Notes: generated by a model from the sequence alone, not told the origin. Counted from the stretch's first letter, positions 1-6,749 are shown. The stretch: 14,678 nucleotides of DNA from Thermotogota bacterium (GCA_051748045.1 JBNJGY010000046.1:1-14678); one strand, 5' to 3'. Made by a program: numbers and translations.

Positions 1-411
1 AATATATGGTTTTTTTGCTTTTGGATATTTTTCTATGATTTCCTCAATTTTAGCATTATATTCATCTATAAAATATTGATTTAATATTTTAGGTGACCTA
101 TCATCTATCCATTTATCATTCAGCATACCATCTCTAAGAACCATAAGACCTGCAATAGCTTTTGTTATATGTGACAGACCTGAATCTTCATCTATATCTT
201 GACCTTCCCACCAAGCTACTATATGTCTCATACAAGCATCGTAATATACAGATGCTCTCACACCCATAACACGATAGTTACTTCTACCATACTTTCTTGC
301 ACCTTCATACATAGCTGTAGCAACTTCCATCATAACCTGTGCAGGAACACAAGACATAGGAACTTTCTTTATCCCAACTGCATCTTTTGGGTTTGTATCT
401 TTAACCTTCAT
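1..411 (-). CDS. DUF5664-type dATP/dGTP diphosphohydrolase domain protein (3' end beyond window edge; absent from ORF track)
   Basis: Hand translation from ATG at 411: MKVKDTNPKDAVGIKKVPMSCVPAQVMMEVATAMYEGARKYGRSNYRVMGVRASVYYDACMRHIVAWWEGQDIDEDSGLSHITKAIAGLMVLRD... It has the NPKD, GAxKYGxxNY, YxxAxxRH and D.DSGLxH signatures of the family. ATGA overlap with the upstream ORF stop; no stop before position 1. Confidence 0.85.
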   Translation of the reverse strand, partial: MKVKDTNPKDAVGIKKVPMSCVPAQVMMEVATAMYEGARKYGRSNYRVMGVRASVYYDACMRHIVAWWEGQDIDEDSGLSHITKAIAGLMVLRDGMLNDKWIDDRSPKILNQYFIDEYNAKIEEIIEKYPKAKKPYI

Positions 412-728
412 TTTACCCTTTCAACTTTATAATTATTGTCTTTTGAATAAGCATAGAATTTGAAAACCCTGTCTATATTATATTGTTCTTTTATATATTT
501 TCTATCTTTATCACATTGGTTGTATGCCTTCCCTCTATGTTTCTTAGAATCGTAAGTTTTTACCTCGAAAGCATACGCATAATCTCTGAATATATCTATC
601 ATGAGATAATCAGCTTCTCCATGTTTACGACATTTCAAATTATAATCCCATTCTCTTAGATGAATAGAATCAGGATGATTTTCTTTACATCGTTTCTCTA
701 ATTCTGAAATTATATCGTTATGTTTCAT
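408..728 (-). CDS. PD-(D/E)xK superfamily nuclease (possible Holliday junction resolvase-like)
   Basis: GEADYLMID...AYAFEVKT gives a D...ExK catalytic pattern in a 106-aa protein; translationally coupled to its neighbours. Confidence 0.65.
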   Translation of the reverse strand: MKHNDIISELEKRCKENHPDSIHLREWDYNLKCRKHGEADYLMIDIFRDYAYAFEVKTYDSKKHRGKAYNQCDKDRKYIKEQYNIDRVFKFYAYSKDNNYKVERVK

Positions 729-730
729 CT

Positions 731-1321
731 TTAATCTTGTTTTATGTCTTTAAACTTATCATTTTTGTTAAGTTCAAGGCACTCTAACAAGATATTTTTT
801 ATACCTTTAGTTTCTTCTACAGAACTATAAAAAAGTCTAGATAATGTATCGTCTTCTATCTTCACCTTTTCGTAATGTTCTAACCATTCATCTATATAAT
901 CTATCATAGATTTATATGTAACAAGATATATATTTTCTTTATGATTCTTTATTATATCAGTTACTAACGATGGTGCATAAGTATGTCTGCCTATAGCATA
1001 TTTCATAGCTAAATTGATAATTTCATTGAAATCTCCTACAGAAATTTCAGTTGTTTCTTCATTATTATCATCTTTCATTATAGGAGAATAAAAATTTAAC
1101 CATTTTTCAAAACTCTTCATAAATATATCGTTATAATATGGTTCTTTTAATAACCCCTGATATTGAAATTCATCTTTGAAACACTCTATATCAGATGATT
1201 TCAAAACATCTTTATTCCTATAGATAACTTTCACTATATAATGAATATGATCATTATCTACAAAACATTTTCTATAAGAAAAAACCAACAAAGCTCGTAA
1301 ATTATCTTTTTTTATTTCCAT
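731..1321 (-). CDS. hypothetical viral protein
   Basis: 196-aa ORF in operon context. The C-terminal half has AMKYAIGRHTY, resembling an AxRYALGRxTY motif I recall from uncharacterised phage proteins. Confidence 0.6.
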   Translation of the reverse strand: MEIKKDNLRALLVFSYRKCFVDNDHIHYIVKVIYRNKDVLKSSDIECFKDEFQYQGLLKEPYYNDIFMKSFEKWLNFYSPIMKDDNNEETTEISVGDFNEIINLAMKYAIGRHTYAPSLVTDIIKNHKENIYLVTYKSMIDYIDEWLEHYEKVKIEDDTLSRLFYSSVEETKGIKNILLECLELNKNDKFKDIKQD

Positions 1322-1339
1322 TTTGAAAGTGAATGAGGA

Positions 1340-1393
1340 AGCACCACCTCGTTTTTATATATAATAGGCGGTTAAAAATGGAGAGGTGGTGCT
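1340..1393. repeat. GC-rich inverted repeat/hairpin in intergenic gap
   Basis: AGCACCACCTC (1340-1350) and GAGGTGGTGCT (1383-1393) are perfect 11-bp reverse complements; inner GTTTTTA/TAAAAAT can extend the stem. Confidence 0.85.
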
Positions 1394-1401
1394 GTAGGAA
1401 T

Positions 1402-1791
1402 TTATAATAAAATATATTTATCGTTTTTAATAATATCTTCTTCCTCGTTATATTCAGATATTACTTTTTTAACTTCATACCCTCTATCTAACAACGATAA
1501 AACCAAGAAAGTATCTGTAAAATAGGTACTAAACAACAAACTCATTTTGTTTGTTATCATTTTCATCAAACTTATCTCTGAAACTGTATATTTAGTTTGG
1601 TGTTTATCATCTAGCAACAGCTCTTCATCCATAAGTTCGTTTTTCAAAATAGCCCATTCTTCCTGAGCTTCAATAACATCATATTCAGATAGTTTAGTTT
1701 CAATTACTATAATTTTATCTTTAAATCTATTTGGTCTGAATTTTTTTTCTACTTCCTTTAGTTCCAAATGTATATGGTTATATGTTCCCAT
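1402..1791 (-). CDS. hypothetical protein
   Basis: The track's GTG start at 1806 lies inside the AGGTGA SD motif (1803-1808); ATG at 1791 is the more likely start. Has its own upstream promoter. Confidence 0.65.
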   Translation of the reverse strand: MGTYNHIHLELKEVEKKFRPNRFKDKIIVIETKLSEYDVIEAQEEWAILKNELMDEELLLDDKHQTKYTVSEISLMKMITNKMSLLFSTYFTDTFLVLSLLDRGYEVKKVISEYNEEEDIIKNDKYILL

Positions 1792-1796
1792 TTTAT

Positions 1797-1846
1797 TTAA
1801 TTTCACCTAAAATAAAAGAAAGATAAAGAAATATATAAATATTTCG
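1797..1846 (-). promoter_or_regulatory. archaeal-type promoter (BRE-TATA) plus SD
   Basis: Minus strand CGAAATATTTATATA followed 24 nt later by AGGTGA; 43/48 identical to 8611-8658. Confidence 0.8.
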
Positions 1847-1847
1847 T

Positions 1848-2021
1848 TTATTTTTTATCTTTATTGTTATCTATATTTTTCTTTACCTCTTTTTGATTTA
1901 TTTCAATTAAATTTTGTTTCAAAAACTTTATTATGTTACTTGCATATTTAAATGGTACATCACTTAAATATTGTAACAGTTCATTTACTTTCTTTTCCGA
2001 AATTTTATATTCTTTTTCCAT
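1848..2021 (-). CDS. small hypothetical protein, 57 aa (not in track)
   Basis: MEKEYKISEKKVNELLQYLSDVPFKYASNIIKFLKQNLIEINQKEVKKNIDNNKDKK*; fills the gap on the coding strand with typical composition. Confidence 0.65.
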   Translation of the reverse strand: MEKEYKISEKKVNELLQYLSDVPFKYASNIIKFLKQNLIEINQKEVKKNIDNNKDKK

Positions 2022-2049
2022 TTTTTACATTGTTTATTTATTATTTTTA

Positions 2050-2178
2050 TTAACCCAACATATTTTCTATTTGTTCGTGTGTTTTAATTTCATCAGGATT
2101 TACACAATCATCACAGACAAAACCTTCTTGAAATATATAACCCATACTTTTTTCCTTTTTACATCGTTTACATTCCAT
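2050..2178 (-). CDS. Zn-finger microprotein, 42 aa (not in track)
   Basis: MECKRCKKEKSMGYIFQEGFVCDDCVNPDEIKTHEQIENMLG*; two CxxC pairs; starts 2 nt after the HNH stop. Confidence 0.7.
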   Translation of the reverse strand: MECKRCKKEKSMGYIFQEGFVCDDCVNPDEIKTHEQIENMLG

Positions 2179-2180
2179 TT

Positions 2181-2612
2181 TCAATAATCTTTAGATGATA
2201 ATTTCCTTAAAACATAATCTCTAGATTCTTTATCCCAATGATTTATAGTGAATAATAATTCTTTATATTCTTCTTCTGTCAATCTTCCCTTCCGAACATT
2301 ACATCGTTTACATATAAGTTCTACATTATATTCATCATCTATCCTACCACCTCTTGCTACAGGTAGGATATGGTCTAAGGATATGTTATCTTCTATAAGC
2401 CATTCACCACAATATTTACATTTCCTATAGTTATGCAAAATATCATCAACAATATATTTTATATATTGTTCAGGAATATCATAAGATTTATTCCAGTTAT
2501 ATACTTTGCTCTGTAACCTCGATATAATCTTCTCTATAGTTTTATTGTGTTTTCTGGGATATTTATCTTTCAAAATTTTCCTTAGATATTTTTTAGTGTA
2601 TATTGCCATCAT
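2181..2612 (-). CDS. HNH endonuclease (Zn-binding, McrA-like type)
   Basis: CKYCG...SLDHILPVARGG...NVELICKRCNVRKG: CxxC, DH, N and CxxCN pattern. Confidence 0.9.
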   Translation of the reverse strand: MMAIYTKKYLRKILKDKYPRKHNKTIEKIISRLQSKVYNWNKSYDIPEQYIKYIVDDILHNYRKCKYCGEWLIEDNISLDHILPVARGGRIDDEYNVELICKRCNVRKGRLTEEEYKELLFTINHWDKESRDYVLRKLSSKDY

Positions 2613-2752
2613 ATATAAATGTTTACAAGTTTAGCATCTTCTGTAGATTCTCTGTCGTATTGTATCAAAAAAGCGTTAAACTTTTGCTCTAGCTGTGTCA
2701 TCCGAAGTTCTAAATTTGATATCCTCTCCTCTTGTGTTTTATTTTTCACCAT
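2609..2752 (-). CDS. small coiled-coil protein, 47 aa (not in track)
   Basis: MVKNKTQEERISNLELRMTQLEQKFNAFLIQYDRESTEDAKLVNIYI*; GAGGT SD upstream; ATGA overlap with the HNH start. Confidence 0.7.
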   Translation of the reverse strand: MVKNKTQEERISNLELRMTQLEQKFNAFLIQYDRESTEDAKLVNIYI

Positions 2753-2756
2753 CTTC

Positions 2757-2800
2757 TACCTCGTTAAAAACTCCACAATACCTCGTTAAAAACTCCACAA
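2757..2800. repeat. perfect 22-bp tandem duplication (2 copies)
   Basis: TACCTCGTTAAAAACTCCACAA at 2757-2778 and 2779-2800 with no spacer. Confidence 0.95.
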
Positions 2801-2931
2801 ATACATTTACCTTTTTTACAAAATAAATCACAAGGACATATAGTTTTATCGTTTTTCATTATATTACAAGGACAATGTTTACCTCTATATTTCATTAACT
2901 TATCTAAATCTACTTTAAATTTTTTTATCAT
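2764..2931 (-). CDS. ferredoxin-thioredoxin reductase catalytic-chain-like mini protein, 55 aa (not in track)
   Basis: MIKKFKVDLDKLMKYRGKHCPCNIMKNDKTICPCDLFCKKGKCICGVFNEVLWSF*: CPC...CPC...GxCxCGxF matches the FTR-c cysteine signature; ATGA overlap with the upstream ORF. Confidence 0.75.
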   Translation of the reverse strand: MIKKFKVDLDKLMKYRGKHCPCNIMKNDKTICPCDLFCKKGKCICGVFNEVLWSF

Positions 2932-3146
2932 TTAAAATTCACCTTTATAAATTCGTTATCTTTTATCTGTTTGAAATAACAGTCAAAGTTATTTATATCA
3001 CTTTGCATAACTTCATCTGCTATCAACCCCTCTTCGATTTCATCACAAACCCCTTCTAACTCGTCTGTATCGTTATTGAAATAACCTTCTGCAACTTTCA
3101 GATATTCTCCATCCCAAAATAATATATAACTCCAATACATTTTCAT
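2928..3146 (-). CDS. small acidic hypothetical protein
   Basis: 72-aa ORF with 4-nt overlaps at both ends. Confidence 0.65.
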   Translation of the reverse strand: MKMYWSYILFWDGEYLKVAEGYFNNDTDELEGVCDEIEEGLIADEVMQSDINNFDCYFKQIKDNEFIKVNFK

Positions 3147-4291
3147 TCAAAAATATTATATTTCTCTAATTCCTTTATATAATCTTTATGTCTTGAATAC
3201 ATCAGATCCATAATTTTATAAAATTCCTTTTCTTTGAAGTCTGTATATAACTGTACTATTTTAGCGAAGTTTATAAATTGTGTGTTCCATCTACCGATTT
3301 CTTCGTTATTTGAAACTTTGAAATTATATTTCGATAAATCAAATTTCACAACTTCATCAGCTAAGTTATCTCTGAGATATATAAGTTTACCTACAACCTT
3401 TTTATAATCTTCTATGTTATCTATAATAATTTGCCTTGCATCGTATTGTGCATTCACGAAATTAGGATCGTTTACCTGACCTTTCAACAACACAGGAAAT
3501 ATCCTATATAATACAGAATCTAAAAACATCGTATCAAAAAAAGGTATGCCTTTATTCATATAATATGAAGGTAAATTGTAAAACACAGTAAACCCATAGT
3601 TAGATGTATCATATACAGGATATGTGACCTCACTTCCTGTTGTTTTATGTTGATAGGTATTATTCTTAGGGTCTCCGTTTCTTAAAAAGAATTTCTGTAA
3701 TTCATCTCTCTCTGCACCTGCATATCCTGAGACTTCGTTAAAATATGTAAACCATTCATCTATCAATGTAGCTAATTTAGCTGCACTAGCGTCACCTACA
3801 TTAGTACCATGACCTACAAGACTTATGATATTATTAGCAACTGCATCTTTTCCGAACCCTTGTCTTGTGCTTATCCTGAAAAATGATTTAGTTGTAGCTG
3901 TTAATATACATATAAGTTTACATAACAACAAATCATCTGAAGATGTATGTTTAGCAGGAAATATATAATCAACTAAAGTCTTTGTATCTAAAGTATCGTC
4001 GGCTTCCATCTTTTTGGAATCTGTACCAATAACAAGATGATATACTTTACCTCTGAATATAATCTTTTTAGATTGTGTGATTTTAAAAGGCATCTGATGG
4101 ATAATCTCAGAAGGTACAAAATATACTTTCTTGGATTTGAAATCTTTTAATTCAAATCCTTCATATCCTACCTTATTATCATCTCTTATCACCCTCTCAT
4201 CGCCCCTTAAAAAATGTGGTTTAAACACATCTCTATAAACAGCATGATTGAACTTCTTAATTGCATCCGAATGAAACATCAACTTTTCCAT
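3143..4291 (-). CDS. divergent AAA+ ATPase, MCM-like putative replicative helicase
   Basis: Walker A-like STRQGFGKD, ASAAKLA (cf. MCM SSAAGLT), Walker B-like FTYFNE, sensor-1-like FYN, Arg-finger-like VLYRIF (cf. LLSRF), all in the expected order. Confidence 0.6.
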   Translation of the reverse strand: MEKLMFHSDAIKKFNHAVYRDVFKPHFLRGDERVIRDDNKVGYEGFELKDFKSKKVYFVPSEIIHQMPFKITQSKKIIFRGKVYHLVIGTDSKKMEADDTLDTKTLVDYIFPAKHTSSDDLLLCKLICILTATTKSFFRISTRQGFGKDAVANNIISLVGHGTNVGDASAAKLATLIDEWFTYFNEVSGYAGAERDELQKFFLRNGDPKNNTYQHKTTGSEVTYPVYDTSNYGFTVFYNLPSYYMNKGIPFFDTMFLDSVLYRIFPVLLKGQVNDPNFVNAQYDARQIIIDNIEDYKKVVGKLIYLRDNLADEVVKFDLSKYNFKVSNNEEIGRWNTQFINFAKIVQLYTDFKEKEFYKIMDLMYSRHKDYIKELEKYNIFE

Positions 4292-4295
4292 CTTT

Positions 4296-4568
4296 TCATA
4301 TATCTATATTATCAAACATTCCAGATTGAGTTGTTTGTACTTTTTCTTTTTTCCTTTCAACTTTTTCAGTTTTACTTTGCATACTTCTAAAATATAGACT
4401 TTCGTTTATAGGATTAGAAGTTACAACTATATCAACCTGTACACCTATCTTAGTTGGTGTGAATTTCACACCCATATAATTATTAACCCTCATAAAACCT
4501 GAATGTATAGTTTTATGCAAATCTTTTATCTTTTTCCAACTTATAAAACCTGTCGCCATACTTTCCAT
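4296..4568 (-). CDS. hypothetical protein
   Basis: 90-aa ORF directly upstream of the ATPase, same strand. Confidence 0.6.
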   Translation of the reverse strand: MESMATGFISWKKIKDLHKTIHSGFMRVNNYMGVKFTPTKIGVQVDIVVTSNPINESLYFRSMQSKTEKVERKKEKVQTTQSGMFDNIDI

Positions 4569-4607
4569 TTTTAACCATTTTAAATAATAAAAAAAAATAT
4601 AAAAAAA

Positions 4608-4835
4608 TTACTTTATAATTATTGCTAAAGCCAATATAAAAGCAATTGACATAATTAAACCATAATATACAATTAATGGTGCAAAGACCAACCACCAGCT
4701 CATATTATATCCTACAATAGTTTTGGTAAACAACAAAATTAAAGTTAAAACTAAAAGGACTATATTTACAACATAAGTTTTATGTGTTTCTGATTTTTTC
4801 ATCAGTATATCTAAATCTTCTTTCACCATTTTCAT
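4608..4835 (-). CDS. small two-TM membrane protein
   Basis: Two hydrophobic segments joined by KTIVGYNMSWWLVFAPL, like the K...WSWWxVxxPL pattern of small phage 'transmembrane Fragile-X-F'-like proteins. Confidence 0.7.
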   Translation of the reverse strand: MKMVKEDLDILMKKSETHKTYVVNIVLLVLTLILLFTKTIVGYNMSWWLVFAPLIVYYGLIMSIAFILALAIIIK

Positions 4836-4836
4836 T

Positions 4837-5358
4837 TTATTTCAAAGTTTCCAAAACTTCTTTGCCTAAAATATTCTCATAGGTGTCTTTTTTTCCATTG
4901 AAAATGACTATATCACTTGGTTTCTTTTTCTCTGCTAAATATATCTTTAATAGTTGTTCTTTTGTCATTGATGCATCTGTATCTGTATTTTCAAATGTGG
5001 TATTATTTTTAAAGAACAACTCTTCACCATCAATAAAAACTTTTATGTTAGTTCTACCATTATCTGCTATAGTTTTCTTGAAAATAACTTGTTTATCAAT
5101 GTAATTTCCATTTTCAATTAATTTTTTTGATGGTACAGCTGACATCCTTACATATACAACTTCGTTATTATAATCTGCCTTTACATTGTATGCGTCAAAT
5201 GTCTTACCTTTATACTCTATGTTTTTAACATTTATTCCATCTAAAATTGTCACTATAACCTCTTCATCTTCACCTAGATTGTTTCCAATCCTAATTTGTG
5301 GATATTTTAATGGTACATCCACACCATCCTTTTTATAACTTCTTTTTACTTTTACCAT
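4837..5358 (-). CDS. hypothetical protein, possible OB-fold ssDNA-binding protein
   Basis: The ORF is clear. Function is guessed from a beta-strand-rich pattern with aromatic/basic residues and its place in the replication operon. Confidence 0.35.
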   Translation of the reverse strand: MVKVKRSYKKDGVDVPLKYPQIRIGNNLGEDEEVIVTILDGINVKNIEYKGKTFDAYNVKADYNNEVVYVRMSAVPSKKLIENGNYIDKQVIFKKTIADNGRTNIKVFIDGEELFFKNNTTFENTDTDASMTKEQLLKIYLAEKKKPSDIVIFNGKKDTYENILGKEVLETLK

Positions 5359-5364
5359 TTTAGT

Positions 5365-5724
5365 TTAATTTTTATCATATTTTAGATGATATTCATATAT
5401 CATTTTCAGAATTTTTTTATCTGCTTCTGCAACAGCTAACTCATATCTGATTTCATTTAATCTGTTCTTTTTAGCTTCATATTCTACATCTTTTTTCAAC
5501 AACCTCTTTTCTTCTGCTTTCCTTTGAGTTGCATTTTTCAAAGTTGTATCAGATGCAACCTTTACCTTTATATTTGTTTCTGTTTCAGAAATTTGCTCTG
5601 AAAGTTGTATCTTCTCTTCTGAAAGTTTAGTTAAATTCTCTAAAGATTGTTGATATAACTCTATAACCTCTTTCATATCGGTTCTAAATAATTTTTTTAC
5701 ATCTAAATTCATTTTAATTTCCAC
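5365..5724 (-). CDS. all-helical coiled-coil protein
   Basis: 119 aa with heptad-like E/K/L periodicity; overlaps the upstream ORF by 11 nt. Confidence 0.6.
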   Translation of the reverse strand: MEIKMNLDVKKLFRTDMKEVIELYQQSLENLTKLSEEKIQLSEQISETETNIKVKVASDTTLKNATQRKAEEKRLLKKDVEYEAKKNRLNEIRYELAVAEADKKILKMIYEYHLKYDKN

Positions 5725-6058
5725 CTTTCAATTTAGCTAAAGCTTGTTTAAGTTTATCGTTTGTTTCTTCATCTATAGATTTAGATTTCTCTAAACTTTT
5801 CTTAGCTTTTTCAGTTGTTTCTACAATTAATTCAGTTCTATCTTCATCTAACATTCTGAATATCTGTATGCTTTGTTTCAAAAATTTAGTAAACTCTGCG
5901 AAGAATTTATCTTGTTTACCATATTCATAGGTTCTGTTCAGAACCATACCTATGAAAGCACCATAAGAATGTTCGTTTTTCTTTGCTTTCAGATCTAACC
6001 ATTGTACTTCATCTTGTGTAAGATTGAAGTTCTTACTTTTAAACTTTTTTTCAGCCAT
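5714..6058 (-). CDS. ribbon-helix-helix-like DNA-binding protein with coiled-coil tail
   Basis: N-terminal KSKNFNLTQDEVQWLDLKAKKNEHSYGAFIGMVL fits the CopG/Arc strand-helix-helix pattern; first gene of the left operon, with AGGTGA SD. Confidence 0.6.
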   Translation of the reverse strand: MAEKKFKSKNFNLTQDEVQWLDLKAKKNEHSYGAFIGMVLNRTYEYGKQDKFFAEFTKFLKQSIQIFRMLDEDRTELIVETTEKAKKSLEKSKSIDEETNDKLKQALAKLKGGN

Positions 6059-6064
6059 TTCATT

Positions 6065-6105
6065 TCACCTGTTATATGTGTAAGATGAGATAGTATATAA
6101 ATATT
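6065..6105 (-). promoter_or_regulatory. promoter plus SD for the leftward operon
   Basis: AATATTTATATA (6094-6105) with AGGTGA (6065-6070) at the same 24-nt spacing as two other promoters. Confidence 0.8.
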
Positions 6106-6289
6106 GTGTTAAGTTTTTGTATGTTTCTTAATATATACATTATACAGAATTATCTAAGAGGTAACTACTAGTCCCACCCACCCACCAAAAAAAACTTGTT
6201 TACAGTTAATGCGTGAATGGAATGTGTGTAAAGGAAAGAATGTAAAAATACTTTTAAATTACTGAAAATTTATCTATTTTACCTATTTT

Positions 6290-6364
6290 TAATTAATTAT
6301 TATGTAATATGAATGAATAACTAATTTATTAGTTATTTATGAAATATTATATGATAATTAATTA
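6290..6364. repeat. 75-bp imperfect AT-rich palindrome
   Basis: Outer arms 6290-6310/6344-6364 pair at 19/21; inner arms AATAACTAAT (6316-6325)/ATTAGTTATT (6328-6337) are perfect. Confidence 0.85.
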
Positions 6365-6418
6365 CATAGTTATTTACATACTAATTTACTACCCACCCAC
6401 CCTCCTAATACTAACTAA

Positions 6419-6433
6419 TATATAAATATTTCG
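6419..6433 (-). promoter_or_regulatory. archaeal-type promoter with no obvious downstream CDS
   Basis: Minus strand CGAAATATTTATATA, identical to the 15-mer at 1832-1846. Confidence 0.65.
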
Positions 6434-6642
6434 ATGAAATTTTGTATGTGTTTTACTATATATATGATATATTCAGAATTATCACTTTATTTTATATCTT
6501 AATTTGCTTTCTCGCTCACACATCTTTATTCTAAGAGCAAGAAAATTAAAATAGGTATAATTACATTCTTTTTTATTTTCTGTTCGTTAGAGAAGAGTTA
6601 TTTAGGTAAAATCTAAACTAATTACCTATAATTTAAAACTTG

Positions 6643-6670
6643 GTCTCAAATATTGTTTATTATTTGAGAC
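6643..6670. repeat. perfect 10-bp inverted repeat with 8-bp spacer
   Basis: GTCTCAAATA-ttgtttat-TATTTGAGAC. Confidence 0.9.
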
Positions 6671-6737
6671 ACATCAGAATATTTTACAGATTTATAAAGG
6701 TTTTGGTTATACTTAAAACCATATAAAATTTTATAGT

Positions 6738-6749
6738 AATATTTATATA
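6738..6749 (+). promoter_or_regulatory. promoter for the rightward operon
   Basis: AATATTTATATA about 30 nt upstream of ATG 6780. Confidence 0.75.

Noticed and set aside
199-432. + strand 77-aa ORF in track
   Set aside because: Antisense shadow of the DUF5664-like gene; atypical composition.
1330-1400. tRNA gene at the GC-rich hairpin
   Set aside because: No cloverleaf, T-loop or D-loop consensus can be built.
1933-2430. + strand ORFs 1933-2187 and 2248-2430
   Set aside because: Antisense to better-supported minus-strand genes; Phe/Ser/Leu-rich shadow composition.
2612-2623. AACATTTATATA promoter variant on the - strand
   Set aside because: Abuts the HNH start codon, so transcription would begin inside the gene; lies in coding sequence and is plausible by chance in AT-rich DNA.
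2757-2800. CRISPR or mini-array interpretation of the 22-bp repeat
   Set aside because: Only two abutting copies with no spacer; no cas genes.
2830-2874. ACAAGGACA direct repeat
   Set aside because: Explained by the two Cys-Pro-Cys codon runs of the FTR-like ORF.
4296-4335. C-terminal QSGMF as a sliding-clamp-binding motif
   Set aside because: Lacks the aromatic pair of a PIP box and is too short to distinguish from chance.
4513-5104. ORFs 4513-4695(-) and 4883-5104(+)
   Set aside because: Overlap coupled genes in another frame or strand; no SD or motif support.
5365-5724. UvsY-like recombination mediator call
   Set aside because: Only size and coiled-coil character fit; no diagnostic residues I can verify.
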